Below, piece after piece: positions 63,701-64,000 of a stretch of 64,000 nucleotides of DNA. Position 1 is the stretch's first letter. The number at the start of each line of letters is the position of its first letter. Location: positions 1 to 64,000 of the forward strand of contig CP075497.1 in assembly GCA_021613535.1 (NCBI GenBank), given 5' to 3'. The notes under the pieces were generated by a model. The model was not told the origin of the DNA. It was given only the letters and a program-made list of their open reading frames with translations, and did not search any database. The position numbers and the translations under genes were made by a program. The DNA is from Adineta vaga (taxonomy: Eukaryota > Animalia > Rotifera).

Positions 63701-64000
63701 ATGAAAGAATTGAATTTTGTTCTAAATTGTGTTGAAAAGAAATATTGATATACATATATATCAGAATAAAAACGAATTGAAAACTCAATCTCGAAACCCA
63801 TATTCGGACATGATACATGTATAACTAAAGAAGTATCTTTAAAATATTTCTGTTTCGTTTTAGATAAAAATAAAAATAAAATAAACAATACCGATTGAAG
63901 CACCATTCATTCATCATAATTTAATTTTAACAATGAGCGAACATTCATTCTATAAGATATATGTAAATAGCACTATTGTACTGATGTAATAAGCTACTCA

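Overview
AT-rich eukaryotic DNA with ~45-60 nt GT-AG introns. The gene families (NHL, FG-GAP, F-box/LRR, mART-TPR, bacterial- and fungal-type enzymes), an endonuclease-less Penelope-like (Athena-type) RT and TGAGGG/TGTGGG telomere-like repeats point to a bdelloid rotifer genome, probably a subtelomeric or accessory region (inferred, not verified by search). The window starts inside an Athena/Terminon-like retroelement with an intact -1 frameshift signal between a coiled-coil ORF and the RT. About 20 host genes follow, many disrupted: a tandem double-knottin, an RNase III with a C-terminal membrane anchor, an EEP nuclease whose stop codon lies in a hammerhead motif, a questin-oxidase-like gene, 3-repeat and 1-repeat members of an uncharacterised 2-TM Cys-rich family, FABP, a giant ANK-WWE-DEAH helicase-nucleotidyltransferase-PARP gene, GH78 rhamnosidase, an FG-GAP protein, an LRR receptor and an mART-TPR gene. 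Mobile DNA includes a tRNA-headed SINE-like insert with 15-bp TSD, nested hAT-type MITEs, a piggyBac fragment, and two Tc1/mariner elements (DD41D, DD37E) flanking a Gypsy integrase fragment.
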